From assembly GCA_964645535.1 (NCBI GenBank), contig CAZYCQ010000012.1, positions 31,521-64,104 of the forward strand: a stretch of 32,584 bases of DNA. Reading direction: 5' to 3'. Positions 17,482 through 26,787 of this stretch are shown here, one piece after another (position 1 is the first letter of the stretch; each line of letters starts with the position of its first letter). The position numbers were made by a program, and so were the translations under genes. The stretch is from an uncultured archaeon (lineage in GTDB: Archaea > Asgardarchaeota > Heimdallarchaeia > Heimdallarchaeales > Kariarchaeaceae). The notes under the pieces were generated by a model. The model was not told where the DNA came from. It did no database searches and was given only the letters and a program-made list of their open reading frames with translations.

Positions 17482-17994
17482 GTGGTCAACTATTTCACAG
17501 AACTTGTCTATGGATTCATTTTCATGATGCCTGCGTTTTGGGCAAATGCAGTTCCCGTTTTTGTTGGTGGATTGGGTCCTATAGACAGAGGGATAATGTT
17601 TTTTGATGGAAAGCCGCTCCTTGGAAAGAACAAAACAATAGGTGGCTTACTCGCTGCTGTCATTGCAGGAGGAATGGCAGGAATAGCGTTGTACTTTTTC
17701 TTTCCCAAAATTTGGGAACCTTTCCCAATTTGGATGGGATTTCTACAAGGATTTGGCGCTATGGTGGGAGATGCCTTCGGATCGTTCTTGAAACGAAGAA
17801 TCAACCTTAAACCCGGTGGACCGTTCCCAATAATGGATCAAATCGGTTTTATCATTTTTGCTTTTCTTTTTGTTGCTCCTTTTGTAGGGCTCAATATTAC
17901 TTGGTTTGTTCTTGTTTCCCTCACTGCTCTGGTTCTGCATCTTGTTGCAAACATTTTTGCATATAAGATGGGTTGGAAGGACGTTTGGTGGTGA
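17482..17994 (+). CDS. carS: CDP-archaeol synthase (CDP-2,3-bis-O-geranylgeranyl-sn-glycerol synthase, DUF46)
   Basis: PAFWANAVPV, GPID, DGKPLLGKNKT, GDAFGSFLKRR, PIMDQ and C-terminal AYKMGWKDVWW, in a multi-TM protein. Confidence 0.93.
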   Translation: MVNYFTELVYGFIFMMPAFWANAVPVFVGGLGPIDRGIMFFDGKPLLGKNKTIGGLLAAVIAGGMAGIALYFFFPKIWEPFPIWMGFLQGFGAMVGDAFGSFLKRRINLKPGGPFPIMDQIGFIIFAFLFVAPFVGLNITWFVLVSLTALVLHLVANIFAYKMGWKDVWW

Positions 17995-18002
17995 ATATTT
18001 CA

Positions 18003-18560
18003 TCAGGCCAAATCATGAGAATAAAGAATTGTGTGTTTAGCTCCCTGCGGGAAAAGATCGGATTTGTAAAAGTTTATGGTTTGAATCTCAATTTCCTTGA
18101 AAATATCGAAATCGAGCCATTTTGCAACTAGTTTACTCGGATTCCCCCTACGAATTCTAGCAACCGTCAAATGGGGGATGAATTTATTCTTCTTTTTGAA
18201 TTTGACGCCTTCCAATGTTTCAGTTATCTGATGATATAGCTCAGCCATCTTCTCATTGCCCTCTTCATCAAGTCCAAGAAATAGTACCCTTGCCGAGTTT
18301 GGTTTGTTTGGTGGGAAATAGTTAGGAACTGCAATTCTTACCTTAAATTTGGGAAAGGAAACTCTGGATATTGCCTCGATTATTATCTTTTGCTTCATTT
18401 GAGGAATGTTACCAAAGAAATGTGTGGTAATATGATAAGATTCCGGTCTTGTAATTGAAATTTTTATGTTTTCTTTGAGATTTTCAGAAGAAAGAAATTC
18501 TGCTGCTTCCTTGAAAGGGGGAAATGGGATCGCTATGAAACATCTGTCCAACTTATCCAT
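18003..18560 (-). CDS. thpR: RNA 2',3'-cyclic phosphodiesterase / 2'-5' RNA ligase (2H family)
   Basis: N-terminal RCFIAI, two HxT motifs (YHITTHFFG and FIPHLTVAR), ARVLFLG and YKSDL...GAKH. Confidence 0.92.
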   Translation of the reverse strand: MDKLDRCFIAIPFPPFKEAAEFLSSENLKENIKISITRPESYHITTHFFGNIPQMKQKIIIEAISRVSFPKFKVRIAVPNYFPPNKPNSARVLFLGLDEEGNEKMAELYHQITETLEGVKFKKKNKFIPHLTVARIRRGNPSKLVAKWLDFDIFKEIEIQTINFYKSDLFPQGAKHTILYSHDLA

Positions 18561-18599
18561 TTCAGTTCAATCCTGTTTCCCTTCGCCAACTTAAAAAAA

Positions 18600-19205
18600 T
18601 TGATTTTCCGAAATTCAAAAGTGGGGAAATCTAAACCAAGCACCGTAATAATTGGGGTCACCGGCCTTCCAGCCTCAGGCAAGAATGAATTTGGCGAAGT
18701 TGCCAAACATAAAGGGTTCAAACAAATCATCATGGGTGACGTGATCAGGAATGAATGTATCCGCAGAGGTCTGGAACCCACTCGAGAGAATAGCAACAAG
18801 ATAATGATTCAGTTGAGGAAAGAGGAAGGAGATGGGATCGTAGCCCAACGAGTTCTTCAACAAGTCAGGGATTTACTCGAAAAGGGAGAAAACCTCATTC
18901 TAATTGATGGTCTCCGCTCTCCTGAAGAAGTACAGCTATTCCGCGAACACTTTCCTAACTTCAAGGTCATTGCCATTCATGCAAGTCCAAACGTTCGGCG
19001 GGCAAGGACATTAAAACGTCAACGGAATGATGATTCCACTTCTGAAGAGGCATTTCGTGAACGGGATGAAAAAGAACTGGAAGTTGGCATAGGGAATGTC
19101 ATAGCCTTGGCTGATTATCTTCTCTCTCCACCAAACAATCTCCAAGCTGCAAGGCATTTATTCAAAGAATTTCTGAACCATCTAATGGCTGGGGAGGTGA
19201 ATTGA
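18600..19205 (+). CDS. UPF0200 / dephospho-CoA-kinase-like P-loop nucleotide kinase; probable start GTG 18621
   Basis: IIGVTGLPASGK, MGDVIR, LIDGLRSPEEV, AIHAS and RDEKELEVGIGNVIALADY. Confidence 0.85.
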   Translation: MIFRNSKVGKSKPSTVIIGVTGLPASGKNEFGEVAKHKGFKQIIMGDVIRNECIRRGLEPTRENSNKIMIQLRKEEGDGIVAQRVLQQVRDLLEKGENLILIDGLRSPEEVQLFREHFPNFKVIAIHASPNVRRARTLKRQRNDDSTSEEAFRERDEKELEVGIGNVIALADYLLSPPNNLQAARHLFKEFLNHLMAGEVN

Positions 19206-19206
19206 A

Positions 19207-19716
19207 TTGTATATTACCTGCGAAGCACGACTTAACGAAACTGAAAACGAGGAGAAAGTGCGGAAACTTCTTTCATTTCTTGTCAATGGGGAAATAAAGA
19301 AAGAAGAGAGATCTGACGGTACCTATCTGATCATACTGACCACTGACGAGGATTCTCTTGGGAACTTTTATGAAACAATACGAACACAGCGGTTGCTCGA
19401 CACCATTCGCACAAGGATGTTGAGAAACAAGGAATATGAGGGGATGACAAGCCTTTACTTTAACAGACAAGCACTATGGGGAGGTAAACTTAGTCTTGTC
19501 GATTTTGAGGATAATCCGCCTCTGGGTCCTGTTCTTCTCCAGATTGTTGCCGGTGAAAATGAGAATATAAATGAAATTATCGACAAAATTGCCCCACAAA
19601 CCTACAAGGGAAAAGAGCTTACCGAAGAAGAATGGAAAGAGGTCAAAAGGAAAGAAGCAGAGCGGCGAGCAAGAGAAAAAGCCAAATCATCTCGAAAAAA
19701 CCGCAATGGCGGCTAG
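19207..19716 (+). CDS. UPF0201 (DUF54) archaeal RNA-binding-domain protein
   Basis: ETENEEKV, QRLLDTIR, YFNRQA and PPLGPV. GGAGGTGA SD. This family is the usual neighbour of UPF0200. Confidence 0.82.
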   Translation: MYITCEARLNETENEEKVRKLLSFLVNGEIKKEERSDGTYLIILTTDEDSLGNFYETIRTQRLLDTIRTRMLRNKEYEGMTSLYFNRQALWGGKLSLVDFEDNPPLGPVLLQIVAGENENINEIIDKIAPQTYKGKELTEEEWKEVKRKEAERRAREKAKSSRKNRNGG

Positions 19717-19761
19717 ATTTTTAGTAATCTATTAATTTCTGAAGATTTCAGGGAAATTAAC

Positions 19762-21486
19762 ATGGGCGTAAAATTTCGTGTCTCATTTCCTGACAAAAAA
19801 GAACACTTCATTAGCGTTGAAATGCTCTTTGAAGCTCCTTGTGACCAACCAATTCTTGAATTGCCTTCATGGACTCCTGGATCATATCTGATTCGGGAAT
19901 ATGCTAGGCATATCATGCACTTCCAAGCAAGGGCTGAAGGAAATCCTGTATCTTGGAGAAAAATAGCCAAGAACAATTGGGAATTGGATGTGAAAAAGGG
20001 CACCAATGTACAAGTCTCATACAGGGTTTATTCTTTTGAGATGACTGTAAGGACAAATTACATTGATGATTATCTAGGTTTGATTAACGGAACTGCTACC
20101 TTCTTTTATATTTGTGAACGTGAAAAAGAAAAGAGACCTCTAAAGAAAATCTCAATTGAATTGCAAATTGATCCTGGCGAATTTCATGTGTTTACAAGCC
20201 TAAAGCAGCAAGGATCCTCGTATCTCGCTAAAGATTATGATGAGCTCTATGATTCTCCTATAGGTCTAGCCGTGGATGAATATTTGGACCTTGAGGAATA
20301 CACAGTTGAGGGAATTCCCTGCCGATTGGCACTCATTGGAAAAAGAGGAAATCATCAAATCAGTCAGTTAGCGGAAGATCTTCGCCGTATACAAGAAACA
20401 TCTCACAAACTATTCGGAGAGCTTCCATATGATCACTATCTCTGGTTGCTTTATCTTCGAGAATCTGGCGGTGGTGGACTAGAGCATAAATTTTCAAATG
20501 TAAGCATTGCCCCTCGATGGAATTTCAGGAAAAGGGAAAAATATCTTGACGTTTTGCGGTTAGAATCGCACGAACATTTTCATGTGTACAATGTGAAACG
20601 TATCCGTCCAAATGCCTTCATACCTTATGATTATGACAAAGAGGTCTATACTACCTCACTTTGGATCGCGGAGGGGTTGACAAACTACTATGAAAAGAAG
20701 ATTCTGTTGTATTCCGGAATCTATTCAATTGAAGAATATGTCGATGCGATCGAAAAATCAATAAACAATTATCTAGGTATCCCTGGAAGATTTGAAACCT
20801 CATTGGCCGAATCAAGTTTTGATGCGTGGATAAAACTCTATCGTCCCAATGAGAACTCTCCAAACTCTGTCATAAGCTATTATCTTAAAGGTGGATTGGT
20901 TGGATTGCTGTTTGATATCGAAATTCGAGATAAGAGTGAATGGACCCAATCATTGGATGACGTTTTCAGAGGTCTGTATAAACTGTACAAAAAAGATCCA
21001 AATTGGGGCTATCAAGAAGATGAATTCCCCACATTGGTCGAACAGATCACAGGTGTGGACGTAAATCCTCTTTACCAAAAATGTGTTCATGGAGTTGACG
21101 AATTGCCATTTTCTGAATATCTTGAAAAAATTGGGATCCAAGTCAAGGAAGAAGAAATCCCGTGTACCAATCTATTCGGAATCAAATTTGAACCCAATTC
21201 AACCAAAATAAAATCTATTTTGACGGGAAGCCCTGCGTTAGATGCGGGACTGTCTCCTGGCGATGAAATTGTTTCCTTGGCGGGTTTTCGATTTTCGGAA
21301 AAGAAAGCGGAGGAAATGATCCAATCACATGAAGATGGCAAAAAACTTGATATCACTTTCTTCCATGATGGTGTTGAAATCCGTTCACAAATTAGGAATG
21401 TGCAGAGAGAGAAACGCATGAAACTTCTCATCCCAAATGGAAATTCAAGTGCCCATGAGCTATTAACTAATTTCTCATCAATCTGA
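19762..21486 (+). CDS. M61 family glycyl aminopeptidase with C-terminal PDZ domain
   Basis: LPSWTPGSYLIREYAR, GGGLEH, HEHFHVYNVKRIRP (HExxH), LWIAEGLTNYY, SFDAWIKLYRP, ISYYLKG and PDZ GSPALDAGLSPGDEIV. Confidence 0.95.
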   Translation: MGVKFRVSFPDKKEHFISVEMLFEAPCDQPILELPSWTPGSYLIREYARHIMHFQARAEGNPVSWRKIAKNNWELDVKKGTNVQVSYRVYSFEMTVRTNYIDDYLGLINGTATFFYICEREKEKRPLKKISIELQIDPGEFHVFTSLKQQGSSYLAKDYDELYDSPIGLAVDEYLDLEEYTVEGIPCRLALIGKRGNHQISQLAEDLRRIQETSHKLFGELPYDHYLWLLYLRESGGGGLEHKFSNVSIAPRWNFRKREKYLDVLRLESHEHFHVYNVKRIRPNAFIPYDYDKEVYTTSLWIAEGLTNYYEKKILLYSGIYSIEEYVDAIEKSINNYLGIPGRFETSLAESSFDAWIKLYRPNENSPNSVISYYLKGGLVGLLFDIEIRDKSEWTQSLDDVFRGLYKLYKKDPNWGYQEDEFPTLVEQITGVDVNPLYQKCVHGVDELPFSEYLEKIGIQVKEEEIPCTNLFGIKFEPNSTKIKSILTGSPALDAGLSPGDEIVSLAGFRFSEKKAEEMIQSHEDGKKLDITFFHDGVEIRSQIRNVQREKRMKLLIPNGNSSAHELLTNFSSI

Positions 21487-21558
21487 AGTGTGTGTGCAAT
21501 TTTCATATTTTTGATGGTGATCTTCTGTTTATTTGATGAATTGTTCGAAAAATGGAAT

Positions 21559-21635
21559 TTTGTCATGTTGCATTACTTAGTCACAAAATATTTTATGAAT
21601 GTGAAACAATTGGAATTCCCAAAAATTTGTCATGT
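21559..21635. promoter_or_regulatory. Operator-like arrangement upstream of the plsC-like gene
   Basis: TTTGTCATGT occurs at 21559-21568 and 21626-21635, flanking the near-palindrome TCACAAAATATTTTATGA (21581-21598, one mismatched pair). Confidence 0.35.
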
Positions 21636-21753
21636 CTGGATTTTTTATAATTAATTTTCAGTACATTGTTTCGTTTTTTCTCGAATTTTCTTTAGTTTGG
21701 AAGATTGTAAATCCAAGGCAATTTTTAAATTAATATATGTTCCTGAATCAAAC

Positions 21754-22554
21754 ATGGACAATGTAGGTGATTCCCAACCTAAATATAAGTATGGAATAAT
21801 TGGAAGAATTTTTGGAATTGTTGATCGACCCCAAACTAGAAAGGTAGGAATCACTGAAACTTATGAGTACAAATATACCACTTCTAGATTAGCATACTAT
21901 CTCATTGGGATGTTTGCAATTGTTTTGGCTAGAATATTTTGGCGATTTAGGGTGGAAGGAAAAGAAAATCTTCCAAAAAATCTTCATTGTGTTTTCATGC
22001 CTAACCACGTTTCACATTTAGACAGCTTTGCAGTGGCTATTCCTCTTTACCCCAAACGTCCAATTCATTTCATTGCAGATGAAAAGCTGTTCAAAAACCC
22101 AATTTTCCGTCGACTTGCACCTCATGTTAATGTCTTCCCTGTCAGAAAAGGAGCAAAACAGGTTGGGGTCGTCAAGTACTCTGAAAAAATTGTCCAAAGA
22201 GGGGGAACTCTTCTGTGGTATCCTGAGGGTCAACGTCACAAACAACCTTGGTTGAACAAATGCAATCCCGGAAAAATCGGAAGTGGTTGGCTAGCCATCG
22301 AAACAAAAGTTCCGATCATCCCTGTCTTTCTAAGAGGACCAGAGATCGCAATGCCTGTTGGTAAAAGCATTACATGGGGCAGAAGGTTCCGATCAATTGA
22401 AATTCTTGTGAAATACGGTAAGCCTGTCTATCTTGATGACCTTCGTGCACTTCCACCTTCAAAAGAGGTTGCCCAAGAGGCTGTCAACAGAATCATCAAT
22501 GCAATTGAAGAATTAAGGACTGAAGTAGATTCCCGGGCTACAAAAAGCAACTAA
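21754..22554 (+). CDS. plsC: Lysophospholipid (1-acyl-glycerol-phosphate) acyltransferase, PlsC family
   Basis: Catalytic NHVSHLD (NHx4D), FIADEKLF, FPVRKG, YPEGQR and VPIIPV blocks. Likely start is ATG 21754; the ORF track starts at 21697. Confidence 0.88.
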   Translation: MDNVGDSQPKYKYGIIGRIFGIVDRPQTRKVGITETYEYKYTTSRLAYYLIGMFAIVLARIFWRFRVEGKENLPKNLHCVFMPNHVSHLDSFAVAIPLYPKRPIHFIADEKLFKNPIFRRLAPHVNVFPVRKGAKQVGVVKYSEKIVQRGGTLLWYPEGQRHKQPWLNKCNPGKIGSGWLAIETKVPIIPVFLRGPEIAMPVGKSITWGRRFRSIEILVKYGKPVYLDDLRALPPSKEVAQEAVNRIINAIEELRTEVDSRATKSN

Positions 22555-22607
22555 ATATTATGGACTGTTGTTTTAAGTTTAAAAAATGGAAACCAAGTAT
22601 CGAATTA

Positions 22608-23792
22608 ATGACAAAAAGTCTTGGTGTGAAAAAGGCAATTACTCCGTATATTGTCATTGTTATCGTTAGTACAGGCCTATTCATGGTGGGGTTCAAAATC
22701 GATGAGAATCAAACGTCCAATTCTTTTAACCAAGACTATTTGAAAGTTCAAAATGCCACAAGGTTGACAGATCAAACTCGGGATGGTTTCATTGATCGAA
22801 TAGAATTGGAAGTTCAAACAGGATCAAAAGGTGTTATCCTTAAAGACGTCATATTATATGCAGAAGGACAAGAGAACCAATGGACATTTGAAAAGCCCTA
22901 TTCGCTCCCATCTCGTGAACTGTCCAAGATCGTAATTCTCTCTCAAAATGAAACTAATCAAATCGATAGTTTAGTTGAGACCGAAATTTTTGTCATTTAT
23001 TCACTTTTGGGTCAGGATCGCCCCTTAGTAACAAATTTTGCGTTCATTACGCCATATGTTGAACCAGGTACATCTTATGTCTTTGGAATTTTTTTTGAAC
23101 CTGGCAAATCCACGGGATTGGTGGGTCCTAATCAATCTTTGGTTCTCCAAGCAACATTGGCAAAAAGGATAGTTGAGCTAGATGATAATTTTGGTGTACG
23201 GATTATTAAATCACAGGACGTTCTGAGGGCTTTTATTGAACAAGTCACAACATCCGCTCGGGAACGCTATCTAATTTTTGTTCAAGACAAGATCCCGAAG
23301 TTTCTTCTTTCCCAAAGTGAAACACCTAGGACAAGACTTGGTGAATATTTCGATGGGGGTGGTCATTTGCTTTTTGTTGGCGGAAGACCTCTCTTTGAAA
23401 CCTATTCTTCAGAAGGCGATGTATCCTATGCAGATGCTGTGGAAAGGGTTTTTGATCTCCCTCGAATAATTGGATCTACCTTAATTTCGGCAAGGTCTGC
23501 CTTTATTCATACATTTGAAAATTCAACAAATGTTGTTCAATCATATTATCACCAAGCATCGAATCCCGTGATCAAATCCTATTTGGAATTGCAAAACATT
23601 AGCTACCGAGCTTATGGTGCAAGCAAGAATTTTGAATTTCTAGAACCGGTCATTCTGTTTTTCCCTTCGGCAATGGCTACTTTTGCCTATTCGGGAATAA
23701 TCACCCCTGACCAAATTCAGATGGTAATCGAGAATTCCCTGGGTTTACTTAGAGTCATGGTATTTGAGTGGAGCCAAAAAGGAGGCGTTTAA
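22608..23792 (+). CDS. Surface protein with class III (type IV pilin/archaellin-like) signal peptide
   Basis: MTKSLGVKKA/ITPYIVIVIVSTGLFMVGF resembles archaeal prepilin cleavage motifs. A beta-rich domain follows, then an alpha/beta domain (YFDGGGHLLFVGG). TTTAAAAA at 22578-22585 fits a leaderless start at ATG 22608. Confidence 0.6.
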   Translation: MTKSLGVKKAITPYIVIVIVSTGLFMVGFKIDENQTSNSFNQDYLKVQNATRLTDQTRDGFIDRIELEVQTGSKGVILKDVILYAEGQENQWTFEKPYSLPSRELSKIVILSQNETNQIDSLVETEIFVIYSLLGQDRPLVTNFAFITPYVEPGTSYVFGIFFEPGKSTGLVGPNQSLVLQATLAKRIVELDDNFGVRIIKSQDVLRAFIEQVTTSARERYLIFVQDKIPKFLLSQSETPRTRLGEYFDGGGHLLFVGGRPLFETYSSEGDVSYADAVERVFDLPRIIGSTLISARSAFIHTFENSTNVVQSYYHQASNPVIKSYLELQNISYRAYGASKNFEFLEPVILFFPSAMATFAYSGIITPDQIQMVIENSLGLLRVMVFEWSQKGGV

Positions 23793-25364
23793 ATGTCAAG
23801 ATCACATATTACGTATTTTCTTATTCTTTTGTTTATATTTTCATTTTCTCCCCATTATTTTAATTCAGATGCAAACAGTCAACTGAAAGGAGATATTCTG
23901 CCTACAGATCCAAAAATAGATGGAGTTCCAGACAATATCTGGGATCCGGTTCCCAATATTGAAACTGAATTTGATTTCCTTGGATTGACCGTTCCCTTTG
24001 AGATTCGTCTTGCATATTTCAAATCATCATTGTATATCTTGGCAGATCTGTTCGACACCAATTCCATCGATAACTCGACTGCTTTCAGGATGCTATTTGA
24101 TTTGGATGAAAGTTCCAGCCTGACCCAAGGAGATCTTCTTGTTGAAATCAGCATTTTCTCTGGTTCCACTAATATTACAGTAGGGAAATTCCAATCAACA
24201 GGTAGCTTCAATCTTACCAATATGCCGAATTTCGCTCGTACCAAAATTCAATATGATACCGACAGATGGGTTGCAGAAATCCAACTGGTAACCTACAATG
24301 ACCAAGACACATTTGTTGCACGAGAAAGTTTAGTCAGTGTATTTTCTTATCAACGAGTGGAAAATGGCCAAATCCATATTGACTCTGCTTTTGACAATGA
24401 TATGGAGGTTGACTTGTTATCTGTGGGATCTTGGGAAACAATGAGTCCCATTACCTTCCCTCCTTTTGATGCCATTATTTCGGTTTTTCACGCAGGTATT
24501 GAAAAAATTACTAGTGGTGCAACTTTGGTTAAAATTGTGACTTACATTTCATTTGGTACTACTGGACCAATTGAAGACATACGCATTGTTCTTAGATCTC
24601 CTTTGCCAATCCAGGCATTCACTGGCATCTCCAGCGAAATTATAGCCAACAGCTTGCTTCAAAGATATTCCATAACTGTAACTGCCCGAGAAGCTCCAGA
24701 AGGAGGGATTATTCGGTTGACATATTTCCTCAATACTGTAAATAGAACAAGTGACCATCTAGTTTGGGAGCCTTTGAATATCAGTTATTACAATACCGTT
24801 AATCAATATACGACCTTGCTTGCTGGTGATAAATTGGCTCTGGATTTTACAGGAGTCAGTGCTCAAAATCCAGTCAGCAATGGAAGCTCACTTCTTGAGC
24901 GATACAACATCACTGTGACAGAGAATGATTTTTCCCTTCTAGACACTATCTTCCCTACGTTTTATCGGAATCTTGTTCTTGATATCATCGGTGTTCTTTT
25001 GATTGTATTTGGTTTGACAATCCTGCGTTCGTGGTGGATTACAGGAAAAGAACTGGATCGCTTCAGAAAGAAAGGAGAGCAATTGATCATCAAATCAGTC
25101 CAAATGCTTGGCCATGAAAACCCAGAACTTGCCAAATCATTTGTAAGACGAGCATATCTGGACTTGCAGGACTCACTCAATAAATCTCGTTACAAGTTTC
25201 AATACAGGGTTTCAAAACCTGAGGATATTTCTTTCCATTGGACTGAATTCCTCTTCAATTTGGAAAAGAGGTTAAAGGTTTACTACCAGAATCATAACCT
25301 TTATGATGAGGCTTTACAAATGATCTTTTCGAATTTCGATCTCTTTCATGGCGAAAATGAGTGA
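23793..25364 (+). CDS. Secreted, C-terminally membrane-anchored protein with N-terminal CBM9/DOMON-like domain
   Basis: Signal peptide; PKIDG...W, IRLAY...LYILAD..D, FRMLFD and WVAEIQL pattern; many N-x-S/T sequons; TM LVLDIIGVLLIVFGLTIL; cytoplasmic tail. The start abuts the upstream stop (TAAATG) with a GGAGG SD. Confidence 0.65.
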   Translation: MSRSHITYFLILLFIFSFSPHYFNSDANSQLKGDILPTDPKIDGVPDNIWDPVPNIETEFDFLGLTVPFEIRLAYFKSSLYILADLFDTNSIDNSTAFRMLFDLDESSSLTQGDLLVEISIFSGSTNITVGKFQSTGSFNLTNMPNFARTKIQYDTDRWVAEIQLVTYNDQDTFVARESLVSVFSYQRVENGQIHIDSAFDNDMEVDLLSVGSWETMSPITFPPFDAIISVFHAGIEKITSGATLVKIVTYISFGTTGPIEDIRIVLRSPLPIQAFTGISSEIIANSLLQRYSITVTAREAPEGGIIRLTYFLNTVNRTSDHLVWEPLNISYYNTVNQYTTLLAGDKLALDFTGVSAQNPVSNGSSLLERYNITVTENDFSLLDTIFPTFYRNLVLDIIGVLLIVFGLTILRSWWITGKELDRFRKKGEQLIIKSVQMLGHENPELAKSFVRRAYLDLQDSLNKSRYKFQYRVSKPEDISFHWTEFLFNLEKRLKVYYQNHNLYDEALQMIFSNFDLFHGENE

Positions 25365-25473
25365 ATCTGATCAATTATTTTATACGAAAAAAATAAATTT
25401 CAAGTCAATATCGATTTAGATTTAAAGCACATAATTCAACGCATCCTAAACAATACCTTGTAGAGGGAATAAC

Positions 25474-26787
25474 GTGAAAGACTTTGATGTAATTGTGGTT
25501 GGAGCCGGAGTAGGAGGATGTGCCGCGGCAATCAAACTTGCCCAACTCGGCAAGAATGTGCTGTTGCTTGAACGAGGACAACCTGCGGGATCCAAAAACC
25601 TCTCTGGAGGGGTTCTTTGGGGAAATGACCTCGCTGAAATTATTCCCAATTGGCAGTCCGAAGGACCTGTTGAACGGTTTGTTCTGAACAAGAAGGTTGG
25701 CTTCCTTTCAGAGAAAGATGCTACTGTGATTGATCTTCATTTCAATGATTGGGATAAACCTCCATACAATGGTTCGATTGTTTTAAGGGCTAAATTTGAT
25801 GAGTGGTTGGCGAACCAAGCTAAAGACAATGGTGTTACTGTTCTTGACGGCATCACTGTTGACAGACTTCTTGTTGAAAATGGGAAGGTTGTCGGAATTG
25901 AATCCCAAAAGGATGCTGTGAAGGCTCCTATCACAATCATCATGGACGGTGCCAACTCAAGGCTTACTTTGGAGGCAGGACTGAGAAAGGAAAAGAAGAT
26001 GAGTGATGCAAAATCAAAATTCATGCTTGGTCTTAAGGACGTCCTGCGTATGGACAAGGAAACCATAGAAGAAAGATTTGCATTAGGTGAGAAACAAGGT
26101 GTTGCCGGTGAGTTTGTTCTTGGCAACATTCCTGGAAAAGTGAAAGCGGGTGGTTTCTTTTATACTAACCATGACAGTATCAGTTTAGGTGTTGTTGTCC
26201 ATCTGGATTCCCTTACTTCATCTGACAGAACCTATAGGGTTCTTGAAAAATTCAAAGAGCATCCATATATCCAAAGACTGATCAAAGACGGGGATTCCAT
26301 TGCCCCTCTAAAGGAATATGGCGCAAAACTTATACCTGAAGCGGGTTACAACATGATGCCACAACTTTACGGGGATGGTTTCCTTGTAGGGGGTGACGCG
26401 GCAGGATTTGTGTTTTCCAACGGTCTTGTTATTCAAGGAATGAACTATGCAATCAAAAGTGGCATACTTGCTGCCGACGCTGCCTCAAAATCGCTTGATA
26501 GAAATGATTACTCCAAAGCTTCACTTAAGTCCTACCAAAAACTTCTTGAAAATTCATATGTTCTAAAGGATCTCAAGAAATTCAGGAACGTTACAAGGAT
26601 GACGAAAAACGAAAACCTCTTCAAGAAGTATCCCCATGCTATTAATGCTGGCTTCAAAACTGCTTTGACTGAAACGGGACAACCCAAAGAGAAACTGTAC
26701 AAGACGATTTTAGGATCCTTCAAGAAGAGTGGTGTGGGACTGCTCACGCTCATGAAAGATGCACTGCGAGGAGGTACTCAACTATGA
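25474..26787 (+). CDS. fixC: FAD-dependent ETF:quinone oxidoreductase-like protein, FixC family
   Basis: DVIVVGAGVGG, LERGQPAGSKNLSGG, RAKFDEWLA, GFFYTN, EYGAKLIPE and GDAAG...GMNYAI. Confidence 0.9.
   Translation: MKDFDVIVVGAGVGGCAAAIKLAQLGKNVLLLERGQPAGSKNLSGGVLWGNDLAEIIPNWQSEGPVERFVLNKKVGFLSEKDATVIDLHFNDWDKPPYNGSIVLRAKFDEWLANQAKDNGVTVLDGITVDRLLVENGKVVGIESQKDAVKAPITIIMDGANSRLTLEAGLRKEKKMSDAKSKFMLGLKDVLRMDKETIEERFALGEKQGVAGEFVLGNIPGKVKAGGFFYTNHDSISLGVVVHLDSLTSSDRTYRVLEKFKEHPYIQRLIKDGDSIAPLKEYGAKLIPEAGYNMMPQLYGDGFLVGGDAAGFVFSNGLVIQGMNYAIKSGILAADAASKSLDRNDYSKASLKSYQKLLENSYVLKDLKKFRNVTRMTKNENLFKKYPHAINAGFKTALTETGQPKEKLYKTILGSFKKSGVGLLTLMKDALRGGTQL

Noticed and set aside
25474-26787. Geranylgeranyl reductase call
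   Set aside because: GSKNLSGG, EYGAKLIPE and the adjacent FixX fit FixC, and the GGR YxWxFP motif is absent.
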